Origin: Promethearchaeota archaeon
GTDB taxonomy: Archaea; Asgardarchaeota; Lokiarchaeia; Sigyniarchaeales; SOKP01
Assembly: GCA_019057865.1 (NCBI GenBank)
Contig: JAHLWP010000008.1
Span: 32,001-96,000 of the forward strand
Reading direction: 5' to 3'
Length of the DNA: 64,000 nt
Under the pieces are notes generated by a model. It was not told where the DNA came from and ran no database searches. It worked only from the letters and a program-made list of their open reading frames with translations. Numbering within the stretch: position 1 is the stretch's first letter; each line of letters starts with the position of its first letter. The translations under genes were made by a program, and so were the position numbers. Of the stretch, positions 1 through 9,513 are shown piece by piece.

Positions 1-1
1 T

Positions 2-847
2 GTTCAAAAAGGTTTTGGGCCAATGCCAGAACAACAAAAATATTCTGAGCATGTTACTAAAGAATATAACCCTTATATGGAAAAGCATAAGGATCGGACG
101 AATTGGATAACTTCAAATATAAAGGAAACCCCAGATGCAAAACTAGCTTACTTTGTCGGTTGTACTACTAGTTATAGAGAACAAAATATAGCTATTGCTA
201 CAGCAGAAATATTGAATTCACTTGGGGTTGAATTCAGGGTTCTTAAGGATGAACGCTGTTGTGGTTCTCCTGTATACATGACAGGTCAAACTAATAAAGC
301 AAAAGAAATTGCTGAAACAAATATAAATACTTTTAAGAATGAAGGGATTGAAAGAATTATTACATCTTGCGCTGGCTGTTATAGGACTTTAAAAGAGATA
401 TATCCTAAGAAATTTGGTTTTGAACATGGTATTGAGGTTTTGCATTTGCCAGAGTTTCTATTAGAGAAATTAAATAATGATGAATTAACTTTCAATAATA
501 AAGTTAATATGAAAATAACGTATCATGATCCTTGTCATATCGGTCGGCATATGGGTATTTATGAACCACCACGAGAAGTTCTAACTAAAATACCTGGAAT
601 TGAATTAATAGAAATGGCAAGAAATAGGCATAATGCATGGTGTTGTGGATCTGGTGGAGGGGTACGTTCAGCATTTAAAGATTTATCAACTTTTGCTGCA
701 AATGAGAGAATTGAGGAAGCAAAAGAAACGACTGCCAGTGCAATAGTCTCATGTTGCCCATTCTGTTTAAATCAATTTAAAACAAATATTGATAATAATG
801 AAATTCAAGCTTACGATCTATCTGAGTTGATTAGAAAGGCAATCTAA
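2..847 (+). CDS. HdrD/GlpC-like (Fe-S)-binding protein with two CCG domains (5' end outside window)
   Basis: Frame open from base 2; motifs YFVGC, CCGS, TSCAGC, YHDPCH, WCCGSGGG, CCPFC. Confidence 0.85.
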   Translation, partial: VQKGFGPMPEQQKYSEHVTKEYNPYMEKHKDRTNWITSNIKETPDAKLAYFVGCTTSYREQNIAIATAEILNSLGVEFRVLKDERCCGSPVYMTGQTNKAKEIAETNINTFKNEGIERIITSCAGCYRTLKEIYPKKFGFEHGIEVLHLPEFLLEKLNNDELTFNNKVNMKITYHDPCHIGRHMGIYEPPREVLTKIPGIELIEMARNRHNAWCCGSGGGVRSAFKDLSTFAANERIEEAKETTASAIVSCCPFCLNQFKTNIDNNEIQAYDLSELIRKAI

Positions 848-987
848 TATCAAATAAAAACCATTTTCAATTTTTTTATTCTTAATTTTTAAAAAATTTT
901 AAAAATTTTTAAATTTCTTAAAGGAGAGAATATTAATTATTAACATACCCTAAATAATAAGAAAAGAGTATATAGTGGAAATTTATA

Positions 988-1767
988 GTGGAAATTAAAA
1001 GGATAATTAAACAAATAAGAAACTTTGTTAAAGAACAGGACCAAAGTGGAATAAAATTAAATCTCTATAAATCAGTATATGATTTTTCTCAATACTTCAA
1101 AGATTTAGATTTAAGTGTTGATCTAGATAAGAATAAGGAAATTATTCTTCAAGAAGAGACTCAACTAGAACTTGGAGGATTGAATAGAAAATCTTTTTCA
1201 TTAGTATACCCTACAATAGAATTGAATCAGATTGAAGATGGAAAAATATCTTTACTAGGACCTGAAATACAAGAAATTAAAGAACCAAGTGTTGATTTTG
1301 GACTTTTTCTTTTAATACAAGTAAAAAGTTTATCAGAAAAAGAGTTTAATAATTTAAGGTTATTAAATTTCATTTCTAATGGAATAGAAGGATTCCTAAT
1401 TCGAACAATTCCTAGAAAATTTTGGTGTAGAATAAGCACAGACGTTATAAAGAAAAACTTCTCTTTTGAATTTCTAGGAAATGCGATTTTCTATTTATAT
1501 AAGCAAAAATTCAAAAATTTAATTGAATCTATGGAAGTTCTTTTTATAAATTCTTATCCAAATCCTATAGATGAGTTTATGAGTATCGTTTCTGAGATTA
1601 TTGCTCATATCAATGATCAATGGATAAAAAAGATTGAAGAATGGAGAAAAAGAATAGATTGTGAGTATGATTGGGGATGTGAAATTTGTCCTTACCAAGA
1701 AGAATGCTATGAGATAAAACAAGTTTTAATTGAAAGAGAAAAAATAGATAATATCCCTAAAAGTTAG
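988..1767 (+). CDS. Short CdhC/acetyl-CoA synthase beta-subunit-like protein with C-terminal Cys cluster
   Basis: ELGG..SF, DGKISLLGPEI, IEGFLIR, WCRIS resemble the ACS middle domain; C-terminal CEYDWGCEICPYQEEC; directly upstream of cooC. Confidence 0.6.
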   Translation: MEIKRIIKQIRNFVKEQDQSGIKLNLYKSVYDFSQYFKDLDLSVDLDKNKEIILQEETQLELGGLNRKSFSLVYPTIELNQIEDGKISLLGPEIQEIKEPSVDFGLFLLIQVKSLSEKEFNNLRLLNFISNGIEGFLIRTIPRKFWCRISTDVIKKNFSFEFLGNAIFYLYKQKFKNLIESMEVLFINSYPNPIDEFMSIVSEIIAHINDQWIKKIEEWRKRIDCEYDWGCEICPYQEECYEIKQVLIEREKIDNIPKS

Positions 1768-1779
1768 GAGAAAATTTTA

Positions 1780-2562
1780 ATGGGAGAAGATATAGGTTTA
1801 AAGAAACCACTGGTAATCGCAGTCGCCGGGAAAGGGGGTGTTGGGAAAACCGTAATTACAGCGTTACTTGCTAGAACTATTTCAAAAAACTATGATTACA
1901 AAATGCTTTTAATTGATGCTGATCCAACACATCCCCATTTAAGTAATATGGTTAAATTAATTCCAAAAAAAAGCCTTGAAAAAATACGAATCGATGTTAT
2001 TGTTAAAACTCTGAAAAAGGAAAAAACAGCTCAAAATTTAGCAGAAAATATCGATTTTGAAATCTATAATGCTATAACAGAAAGTAAGGAATTTTCTTTA
2101 TTTTCAATTGGTCAACCAGAAGGACCAGGTTGCTTTTGTCCTTCAAATGCTCTACTAAAAAAAGTAATTGAATCTATTTCACAAGATTTTGATATTGTGT
2201 TAATAGACTGTGAGGCTGGTCTTGAGCAAATTAATAGAATGGTTATTAAATCTGTAGATATAATTTTAATAATTACTGATATATCTTTAAGAAGTATAGA
2301 TACAGCAGATTCTATTAGAAAGAGCGCTAAAAAATTTACAAATTATAAAAAATTAGGTATTATTATTAATAAAACTAGAGGGAATATTGATGTTATTATT
2401 GAAAAATTAACTAAATTACACTTACCTATTTTAGGGCAAATCCCAGAAGATCAGAATATCATAAAATATGATTTGGTTGGTAATTCAATAATTGATATCC
2501 CCGAAAACGCACCAAGTAAAGTGGCAATAAATCAAATGTTAAAAGAAATATTTAGCTTTTAA
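1780..2562 (+). CDS. cooC: CooC/AcsF-type nickel-insertion ATPase
   Basis: Deviant Walker A GKGGVGKT, IDADP, GPGCFC (CxC), DCEAGLEQ. Confidence 0.85.
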   Translation: MGEDIGLKKPLVIAVAGKGGVGKTVITALLARTISKNYDYKMLLIDADPTHPHLSNMVKLIPKKSLEKIRIDVIVKTLKKEKTAQNLAENIDFEIYNAITESKEFSLFSIGQPEGPGCFCPSNALLKKVIESISQDFDIVLIDCEAGLEQINRMVIKSVDIILIITDISLRSIDTADSIRKSAKKFTNYKKLGIIINKTRGNIDVIIEKLTKLHLPILGQIPEDQNIIKYDLVGNSIIDIPENAPSKVAINQMLKEIFSF

Positions 2563-2597
2563 TCCTATAAAATACATAAGACCTGAATAAGGTTAAT

Positions 2598-2711
2598 TCA
2601 AGAAAAAAATCCTCTTAATTCTATGGTTTTAGTAATCTTTAAAACTGCTATGATGTAAGCAGCAGTACGAAGTGAAATATTTCTTTCTTTTGAGACTTTA
2701 TGTATTAACAT
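2598..2711 (-). pseudogene. 3'-terminal remnant of a Glu/Leu/Phe/Val (glutamate) dehydrogenase gene
   Basis: Minus strand translates MLIHKVSKERNISLRTAAYIIAVLKITKTIELRGFFS*, the typical GDH C-terminus (LRTAAY..AV......LRG); rest of gene absent. Confidence 0.7.
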
Positions 2712-2776
2712 ACTATTGAGTATATAAATTGAATAGGGTAACTAATAAAATTTAAGTTTAAATTTTAAAAAATAGA

Positions 2777-3823
2777 TTAAAGATTCACAAGACAGTATTG
2801 AACAAACTTTAATGGTTCAATCGCACATCCTCCTGAATCTAATCCTCCAAGCTCATCTATTAAATCTTGAGGAATCTCAGTATCTTTAATCCATAGATCT
2901 TTTAAGTTTATCAGAGATTCCAGACCTTTAACACTTCTTATCTGGTTAATACTTAATTCTAATGTTTCTAATTTCGTAAGTGGTTCCAAACCTTTAATTT
3001 CAGTTATTTTATTTCCAGAAAGAAATAAGCTCTCGAGATTTGTTAATGAATATAATCCTTTAATATGAAGAATATCATTTTCTTTTAAGTTTAAAATTTT
3101 TAAATTTGTAGAATTTTCTAACTCTTTTATTACTTCAATTTGATTTGAATTGAGCCAGAGGTTATTTAAATTTTTAAGTGCTTTTAGTCCTTCCATTTCT
3201 TCTATTAAATTGTTATTTAAATAGAGTTCTTGCAAATTTATTAAATTCTCTAGATTTACTATTTCAGCAATCTGATTTCCTCCAAGGTTTAATATTTTCA
3301 AGTTCTTTAAGTTATCTAAACCCTCAATTTTTTTAACTTGATTACCAGCAATCCATAAAACTTCAAGATTTTTCAAATTATCTAATCCAGATATTTCTGT
3401 AATTAAATTCCAAGAAAAATCTAATTTTTGTAAATCTTTTAGATATTCAAGACCTTGAATTTTAGCAATTGAATTTCCTCTTAAATATAATTCTTTCAAA
3501 TTAGTTAAATTCTCTAATCCTTTAATCTCAGAAATTTGATTACTTATTAAGTGAAGAATTTCTAGATTTTCTAAACTTTCGAGACCCTTTATTTCTGAAA
3601 TGTTATTACTGCCTAAATTTAAAATTTCTAAGTCTTTAAGGTTTTCTAATCCCTCTATTTTTGATATTTCATTAGAGCTAAGTTCTAAATGCTTAAGATT
3701 TTTTACTTTCTCTAGTCCTTCTATTTCATTTATATCCTTAATTTCCAATAAGCCTAAATCTAGAAAACCATCCTCTATTTCAAATTTTGAACCTGCAAAT
3801 TCGACAAATTTCATAACTTTCAC
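2777..3823 (-). CDS. Leucine-rich repeat protein (SDS22-like)
   Basis: About 13 tandem 22-aa repeats LxxLxLxxNxIxxIxGLExLxN. Confidence 0.95.
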   Translation of the reverse strand: MKVMKFVEFAGSKFEIEDGFLDLGLLEIKDINEIEGLEKVKNLKHLELSSNEISKIEGLENLKDLEILNLGSNNISEIKGLESLENLEILHLISNQISEIKGLENLTNLKELYLRGNSIAKIQGLEYLKDLQKLDFSWNLITEISGLDNLKNLEVLWIAGNQVKKIEGLDNLKNLKILNLGGNQIAEIVNLENLINLQELYLNNNLIEEMEGLKALKNLNNLWLNSNQIEVIKELENSTNLKILNLKENDILHIKGLYSLTNLESLFLSGNKITEIKGLEPLTKLETLELSINQIRSVKGLESLINLKDLWIKDTEIPQDLIDELGGLDSGGCAIEPLKFVQYCLVNL

Positions 3824-3944
3824 ATAGAAATAACTTTCTTATATTATAATAATCCCTAATTTTTAATTATTGCAAAATTAAAATGTTTATACACTATAAA
3901 ATTAATATTTAAAAGATACAAAAGTATCTATTTATTGTTATATT

Positions 3945-4058
3945 ATGGTTGTCTGCCAAAAATGTGGAAATTTATTAAATAAAAACGAAAGTGGATACTA
4001 TTACTGTACTACCTGCAAAAAATTAACTTATTTTTTAGAATTTGTATCCAAATGTTAA
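3945..4058 (+). CDS. 37-aa C4 zinc-ribbon microprotein (not in ORF track)
   Basis: MVVCQKCGNLLNKNESGYYYCTTCKKLTYFLEFVSKC; same CxxCG...GxYYCxxC pattern as 4854..5042 and 5127..5306. Confidence 0.6.
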   Translation: MVVCQKCGNLLNKNESGYYYCTTCKKLTYFLEFVSKC

Positions 4059-4132
4059 TCAAATCTGAGGTTTATACTCGTTAATAATTTATATTCAATT
4101 ACTTTAAATTTAAGATCAGAAATATATTTAAT

Positions 4133-4657
4133 ATGAACGATGAAGAACCTCCAAGACCTAGTGGCTTATCTATAGGTACAAAAGCCCCACTCTTTATTAC
4201 ACAAGATATATATGGAAATGAAATGAAATTATCCAAACTTCTCGAAACTTATGATGGGGTAATGATAGACTTCTTTCGGGGAAATTGGTGAAGTCATTGT
4301 AAAAAACATTTAAAAATTTTGACTGAAAAAATATCAGAATTCAAAAAAAGAAATATAAAGCTTATCTCTATAGCTAGCGACAGTGTAAGATTATTAACAG
4401 AATTTAAGGAAGAAAATGGATTTACTGTTGACATTATCTCTGATCGTGGAGCCAAAATTGCTAAAGGATATGATGTTTATTGGTTTGCTCCAGGTGGAGG
4501 TAAAAATTACAAATTTAAACAAGCCGTACCTAGTAAATTTCTGATTAATAATGACGGAGAAATAGTATGGACATATATTGGTAAAGATAAAACAGACCGA
4601 CCTTCGATAGAATTAATGACAGAAATTATTGATAAAAAAATTAAAAATCCTGAATAA
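4133..4657 (+). CDS. Peroxiredoxin-like (AhpC/TSA) selenoprotein, UxxC motif, 174 aa
   Basis: ATG 4133 is in frame with ORF 4319..4657; GLSIGTKAPLF...DFFRGNW-TGA(4289-4291)-SHC; TGA sits at the redox-active position; SECIS-like hairpin just after the stop. Confidence 0.85.
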
Positions 4658-4659
4658 GA

Positions 4660-4695
4660 ATGAAGCATGTGTAAAAAAACGAGACATATGTGGAC
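4660..4695 (+). promoter_or_regulatory. Putative eukaryote-like SECIS element
   Basis: ATGA-A-[GCATGTGT]-AAAAAAACGAG-[ACATATGT]-G-GA-C: AUGA/GA core, 8-bp helix (two G-U), A-run at the 5' side of the apical loop. Confidence 0.65.
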
Positions 4696-4853
4696 AACCT
4701 TGCAAGGGTTTTGGGATTACTTTCGATTTTTTTTTTAAATTTTTTATTTATTTATTTTTTGGTTTAAGGACTTATTATTAATTCTCTTGAAAAAGGACTT
4801 ATTTCTAATCTATAAAAAGAATCTATTAAAATCTAGTTTGTTACATAACTAGT

Positions 4854-5042
4854 ATGAATGTAATAGCTTGTAAAAAATGTGGTTTAACCATAGAGAATAA
4901 GGAACCTGGTACCTATTATTGTGAAAATTGCTCTAAAGATATGAGATTTTTTAAAGTGGATGCATTTTGTGGAGGGAAACCAGGAGAACTTTATGATCAT
5001 GATGATGATCATGAAGATGGAGATCATAACGTTATACACTAA
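4854..5042 (+). CDS. C4 zinc-ribbon microprotein with His/Asp-rich tail
   Basis: CKKCG...GTYYCENC; tail DHDDDHEDGDHNVIH. Confidence 0.7.
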   Translation: MNVIACKKCGLTIENKEPGTYYCENCSKDMRFFKVDAFCGGKPGELYDHDDDHEDGDHNVIH

Positions 5043-5126
5043 AATTCAAATTTATTTTATTTGATTTAAAATATTTATAAGTTTAAAAATTAGAATAACT
5101 TTAAAGCTAAATCTTTTTTTTGAGCT

Positions 5127-5306
5127 ATGAAAAAATATGCTATTTGTAAAAAATGCGGATTTACTATAGAAAATATCGATCCTGGTAATTATTACTGTCC
5201 CTAGTGTAAGAAAGAAGATCAATTTTTCAAATTAGAATTGTTTGATGGCTCTAAACCTGGTAAAATATATGAAAAGGATGATTATGATTATAATACCAAA
5301 TCTTAA
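5127..5306 (+). pseudogene. Paralog of the 4854..5042 zinc-ribbon protein with in-frame TAG
   Basis: MKKYAICKKCGFTIENIDPGNYYCP-TAG(5202-5204)-CKKEDQFFKLELFDGSKPGKIYEKDDYDYNTKS; collinear with its neighbour on both sides of the stop. Confidence 0.7.
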
Positions 5307-5356
5307 TTAGATAATTTTACAATAATATTATAAAAATCCTTTCTTTTTTGTATATT

Positions 5357-6064
5357 ATGACAAACGCATTATACATGGATGATAGCTATTTAAAAACTTG
5401 GAAAGCTAAAGTTGTAAGCGTAGAAGATGATAAATATATCATTCTTGACAAAACAGCCTTCTATCCAAAAGGGGGAGGGCAACCGTGGGATGAAGGTTTC
5501 TTAATAAAAAATGGAGATAAATTTAGAGTTGTTTACGTTGGTAAGTTCTCTGGTGAAATTAGCCATGAAGTAGATAAACCTGGTCTAAAAGAAGGAGATG
5601 AAATTTCCTGTGAACTAGATTGGGAAAGGAGATATACTTATATGAGATACCATACAGCATCTCATCTAATTTCCAATATTCTGTATAGAAGGGCTAATGC
5701 TAAAATAACCGGTAACCAAATAGAGATGGATAAAACAAGAATGGATTTTTCAATGATTGATTATTCACCAGAAAAGCTGCGAGCTTACGTTGATGAAGCA
5801 AATAGAATTATTGACCAAAACTTGCCTATTACAATAGGCTACATGTCTCGAGAAGGAGCCTTACAAAAGCCCGAATTAGCACGCTTAGCTATTGGATTAC
5901 CAAAAAATATTAAGGAGTTTCGTATTGTTAGAATAGGAGATATCGATGAGCAAATAGATGGTGGAACCCACATTAGTCATCTAAAAGAAATCGGTAAGAT
6001 TGAAATATTGAAGACAGTAAACAAAGGTAAAAATAATAGAAGGATGTATTTTATACTTAAATAA
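5357..6064 (+). CDS. alaX: Free-standing alanyl-tRNA editing protein AlaX-M
   Basis: LYMDDSY, TAFYPKGGGQPWD, MRYHTASH, DGGTH; ATG 5357 (TTG 5348 alternative). Confidence 0.9.
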   Translation: MTNALYMDDSYLKTWKAKVVSVEDDKYIILDKTAFYPKGGGQPWDEGFLIKNGDKFRVVYVGKFSGEISHEVDKPGLKEGDEISCELDWERRYTYMRYHTASHLISNILYRRANAKITGNQIEMDKTRMDFSMIDYSPEKLRAYVDEANRIIDQNLPITIGYMSREGALQKPELARLAIGLPKNIKEFRIVRIGDIDEQIDGGTHISHLKEIGKIEILKTVNKGKNNRRMYFILK

Positions 6065-6077
6065 CAATAATTATCGG

Positions 6078-7019
6078 TTAAATATTGAAATCGTCCTCAA
6101 AATCATCATATTCTACCTCAAGACGTTTCTTTTCATCTTCTTTCTTTTCCTTCTTTATTTCTTTGCGTTCCTTATGTTTCAGTTCATCATATCTTTTTAT
6201 ATAGATTTGTTCATATTTTTCTCTTAAGGTTTCAACATCTTTAACGGCTCCTATTTTGTCTTCCAAACCATCTTCAAAAAAATAGTTCTTCTTGAATTTG
6301 CTTGCCGGAATCCCAGCATATATCCACTCCCTTTCTAAAACTTGCCCAACAGTAGTAACTGAATTTGCTGCTAATATGCATTTTTGACCAATTTTAGTAC
6401 CTGGCATAACTATTGAATGGGAACCAATTCTTACATCGTCTTCAATAACAGTCTTCCTGATTATTAAGAGATTGCCAATAATACAAGCAGATTGAATAAT
6501 TGCTGCCTGACCGACAACCACATTTTTGCCAAAGTCAATAAATTCGGTGTCAACCCATCCCTCGAAAAGTGAATTTGAGATTTTTGTTTTTACTCCAAAC
6601 GCTTTGAAGCATATATTATCTAAAATTCCAGGGAAAGGAAATCTGTGGGCAAGCCAAATAGGCCACCTCTTAATCGTATTACGAAGACTCCAGTACCGAT
6701 AATCTTTATCAGCAGCAGTTCTTAAAAAAACACCTTCTTTGGGATGGTGAATAACATTAACTATAACCAACAAAATCTTTGCAAAAAATATTGCCGCAAA
6801 GACAATTGTGACATACATCAAGATAGCTAAAAGAGGAAGAAATGTATAAAAATGGATGGGTCTTTCGTAATTCCATAGCAACCGCCAATAAACCCAAAAT
6901 TCTAAGAGAAGCGGAATTATACTTGCCCATATAAGGAAAAAGTAAAAGATTAAATATTTTTTCTTCACTAAAACTGTTGGAGTAAAAGGACCCAACCTCA
7001 TCGTGTTTGGTACAGACAT
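6078..7019 (-). CDS. Membrane protein with 2 TM + left-handed beta-helix domain (module C of Pls-terminal-domain-like system)
   Basis: Start MSVP at 7019 behind GAGGAG; two hydrophobic helices, PKEGVF..DYRYW, hexapeptide repeats, WIYAGIPA; paralog of 18240..19091. Confidence 0.8.
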   Translation of the reverse strand: MSVPNTMRLGPFTPTVLVKKKYLIFYFFLIWASIIPLLLEFWVYWRLLWNYERPIHFYTFLPLLAILMYVTIVFAAIFFAKILLVIVNVIHHPKEGVFLRTAADKDYRYWSLRNTIKRWPIWLAHRFPFPGILDNICFKAFGVKTKISNSLFEGWVDTEFIDFGKNVVVGQAAIIQSACIIGNLLIIRKTVIEDDVRIGSHSIVMPGTKIGQKCILAANSVTTVGQVLEREWIYAGIPASKFKKNYFFEDGLEDKIGAVKDVETLREKYEQIYIKRYDELKHKERKEIKKEKKEDEKKRLEVEYDDFEDDFNI

Positions 7020-7023
7020 GCTT

Positions 7024-8910
7024 TTACATCTCCTCAACTTTTTTATTATCTTGGTTAATTTCTTTAGTTTTAATCAGTTCTTTTTTATCTTCATCTATAT
7101 TTACTTCATGCTCAATTTCAAATTTCTTTTCCTCATCGACATCTCTTTTCATCAGTATTTCCCTGCGGGATAATGCATATTTATTTGGTTTGAATTTAAG
7201 GACTGGTATTCCAGTGTAAATCCAACCCGGCTCAAGAATTTGATTCACTGTAGTTGTACTAGCCGCACCCACCATTGTTTCTTTACCTATAATTGTACCT
7301 GGGACGATAGTGGTCTGTGCACCAACCATTACATAGTCGTCTAAAATTACACTTCGAATTAATAGATATTTTCCAACGATCATCGAGGACATTATCACCG
7401 TGGCCTGACCAATTAAATTCTTTCTCCCAAATTTAATAAACTCACCATCACACCAAGTATCATTAAGATGGCTAGAAGTATCCATATTGATTCCTAAAAG
7501 CTTAAAAGCTAGTACGTCCGTCCATGTAAATGGCGAATTTCGAAAAAGCCAAAAAGAGAGTTTCCTTAACTCAGTTCTAATCATCCAGAATTCAAAATCA
7601 GTGTTTTTAATTTCAGCCTTGAAAACACCTTCTTTAGGTTTATGAAGTAAATTTATGAGAATTAAGAATAGTTTGCTAAATATGAGACAGGCTAAAGTAA
7701 AAAAATAAATTGAGCCAAATATGGCCAGAGGAAGAAATGCTATAATAGGAATCCAATTTTCATCAAGAAAATACCAATACCAAAAAATAGCAACGAGAAA
7801 TCCTGAAAGAAAAAAGATGGGAAGATAGATTGCTAAAAATTTGATATTCACTCTACTTATTGCTGAACTTGTAGTAAAATCAATAGCTAAGTCTTCATCC
7901 GTTAAAGAATTTATATCAATTTTATCCTCAGGTAATTCAGCAATTAGTTGTTCTTTATCATCTTCGGGTTTATTATCATTTAATTCTTCAGCTTTTAATT
8001 TTTTCAGTAGCTTTTTATCTTTATACCCTTCAATATTTTCATTTCTCTCTAAATCTTTCTGAGATACATCTAAATAACCCATTATTTTTCTCCTAAATAT
8101 CTTTCTTAATGGCATGCCCCAGTAAAAGTTGTTACCTTTTATCAGACTATGTTTTACGGCTGAAGCCCAAGGAAGTAAATAAGAATTATCGTGTATTTCT
8201 GATCCAGGACCAACCAGATTGGTTGCGGCAGCGGTTACATTATTTCCTACTTTAACTTTAAAATATGAGATATTTCCGAATATTCCTTCCACCACATGAG
8301 TCCCTAAAGCTGAATTCACGCCGAAATAGCAGTTTTCGCCGATCTCGAGAAACTTATCATTAACTATAGATTCCTCAAAGGTAGTTCCTGTCCCTATTTT
8401 ACTTGCCCCCAAAAAGTTAAAAAACCAATTGCTAAGCCAGGGAAAAACGCCTTTCGCGAAGGAATTCTTTCCGTATTTAAGTATGAAGGATCTTATATGA
8501 TAGTAGTTTGCAGCTTTGCTTCTTATATTTCGTGGAATTATTCCTTCTTTGGAGGGAGAGATTTTTTCAGTTATTTTCCATAATAATCGAGTAGCTAAAG
8601 CTAAAAAGGACAAATGAAGTAAATAACACCCAATAAGAACAAATGGCATAGATAGCAGAGACAATAAGGGTTTAAGTTCTATGAAAAGTGATAAGAAATC
8701 TGGTGTTTCTAAAACATTTGGAAGAAAAAATTGTAGAACATAATAAAAAAAGATTATTCCAGAAAACACCCACGATATATAAAAAATAAAGGCAAATAGA
8801 GTTATATAAACATGATAATGGAGCTCAACTTCTTCTTTTATGATTTCATCCTCAGAGTCATTCGAATTTGGTGAATCACTATCTTCAGCTTCTTCGCTCA
8901 TTTTTATCAT
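7024..8910 (-). CDS. Fused A+B modules (each 2 TM + LbH) of Pls-terminal-domain-like system
   Basis: N-half aligns with 19983..20906, C-half with 19096..19986; hexapeptide repeats in both halves. Confidence 0.8.
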   Translation of the reverse strand: MIKMSEEAEDSDSPNSNDSEDEIIKEEVELHYHVYITLFAFIFYISWVFSGIIFFYYVLQFFLPNVLETPDFLSLFIELKPLLSLLSMPFVLIGCYLLHLSFLALATRLLWKITEKISPSKEGIIPRNIRSKAANYYHIRSFILKYGKNSFAKGVFPWLSNWFFNFLGASKIGTGTTFEESIVNDKFLEIGENCYFGVNSALGTHVVEGIFGNISYFKVKVGNNVTAAATNLVGPGSEIHDNSYLLPWASAVKHSLIKGNNFYWGMPLRKIFRRKIMGYLDVSQKDLERNENIEGYKDKKLLKKLKAEELNDNKPEDDKEQLIAELPEDKIDINSLTDEDLAIDFTTSSAISRVNIKFLAIYLPIFFLSGFLVAIFWYWYFLDENWIPIIAFLPLAIFGSIYFFTLACLIFSKLFLILINLLHKPKEGVFKAEIKNTDFEFWMIRTELRKLSFWLFRNSPFTWTDVLAFKLLGINMDTSSHLNDTWCDGEFIKFGRKNLIGQATVIMSSMIVGKYLLIRSVILDDYVMVGAQTTIVPGTIIGKETMVGAASTTTVNQILEPGWIYTGIPVLKFKPNKYALSRREILMKRDVDEEKKFEIEHEVNIDEDKKELIKTKEINQDNKKVEEM

Positions 8911-9038
8911 TAAATTCTAATTCCAAACTATTTTTAATAAATTTTACTTTATTAGAATGCAATTGAAAATTATAATACTTTAATAGATATTTTTTTCCTT
9001 TTAAACTTATAAATCTTAAGTAAAAATAAAAATTTATT

Positions 9039-9434
9039 ATGAGAAACAAATGTGAAAATTGCGGAAAGTGTTGCTTAGAAACAGAAATGATTCTTTCTCC
9101 ACAAGATATTAAAATAATAATAAATAGTTTGCCTAATAATATAAGAAAAGAAGATTTTACATTTAAAAATATTAATGAGCAGTATCAATTAAGAAATATT
9201 GAAGGCCATTGCTTTTTTTTAGATTATTCTAATAAGGAATGTAAGATCTATAAGTTTCGACCTCAAGGATGTAAGTTTTACCCGTTAATATATGATATTA
9301 ATAAAAAAAAGTGTAGACTTGATGAAGAATGTCCTAGAAATAACCTTTTCTATAAAGACAATCAAACTTTAAGAAATGAATGTCAAAATGTAAAGATGTT
9401 TTTAAAAAATCAATTAAATATAAAAATCAATTAA
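9039..9434 (+). CDS. YkgJ-family CxxCxxCC protein
   Basis: CENCGKCC, CFFL, CKIYKFRPQGCKFYP. Confidence 0.85.
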   Translation: MRNKCENCGKCCLETEMILSPQDIKIIINSLPNNIRKEDFTFKNINEQYQLRNIEGHCFFLDYSNKECKIYKFRPQGCKFYPLIYDINKKKCRLDEECPRNNLFYKDNQTLRNECQNVKMFLKNQLNIKIN

Positions 9435-9513
9435 AGAGCAAGATTATTTAGCAGATTTCAGGTTTATGGATAATTGGGAAGATTTTGATGATTTTTAATA
9501 AATAAATTTTTTT

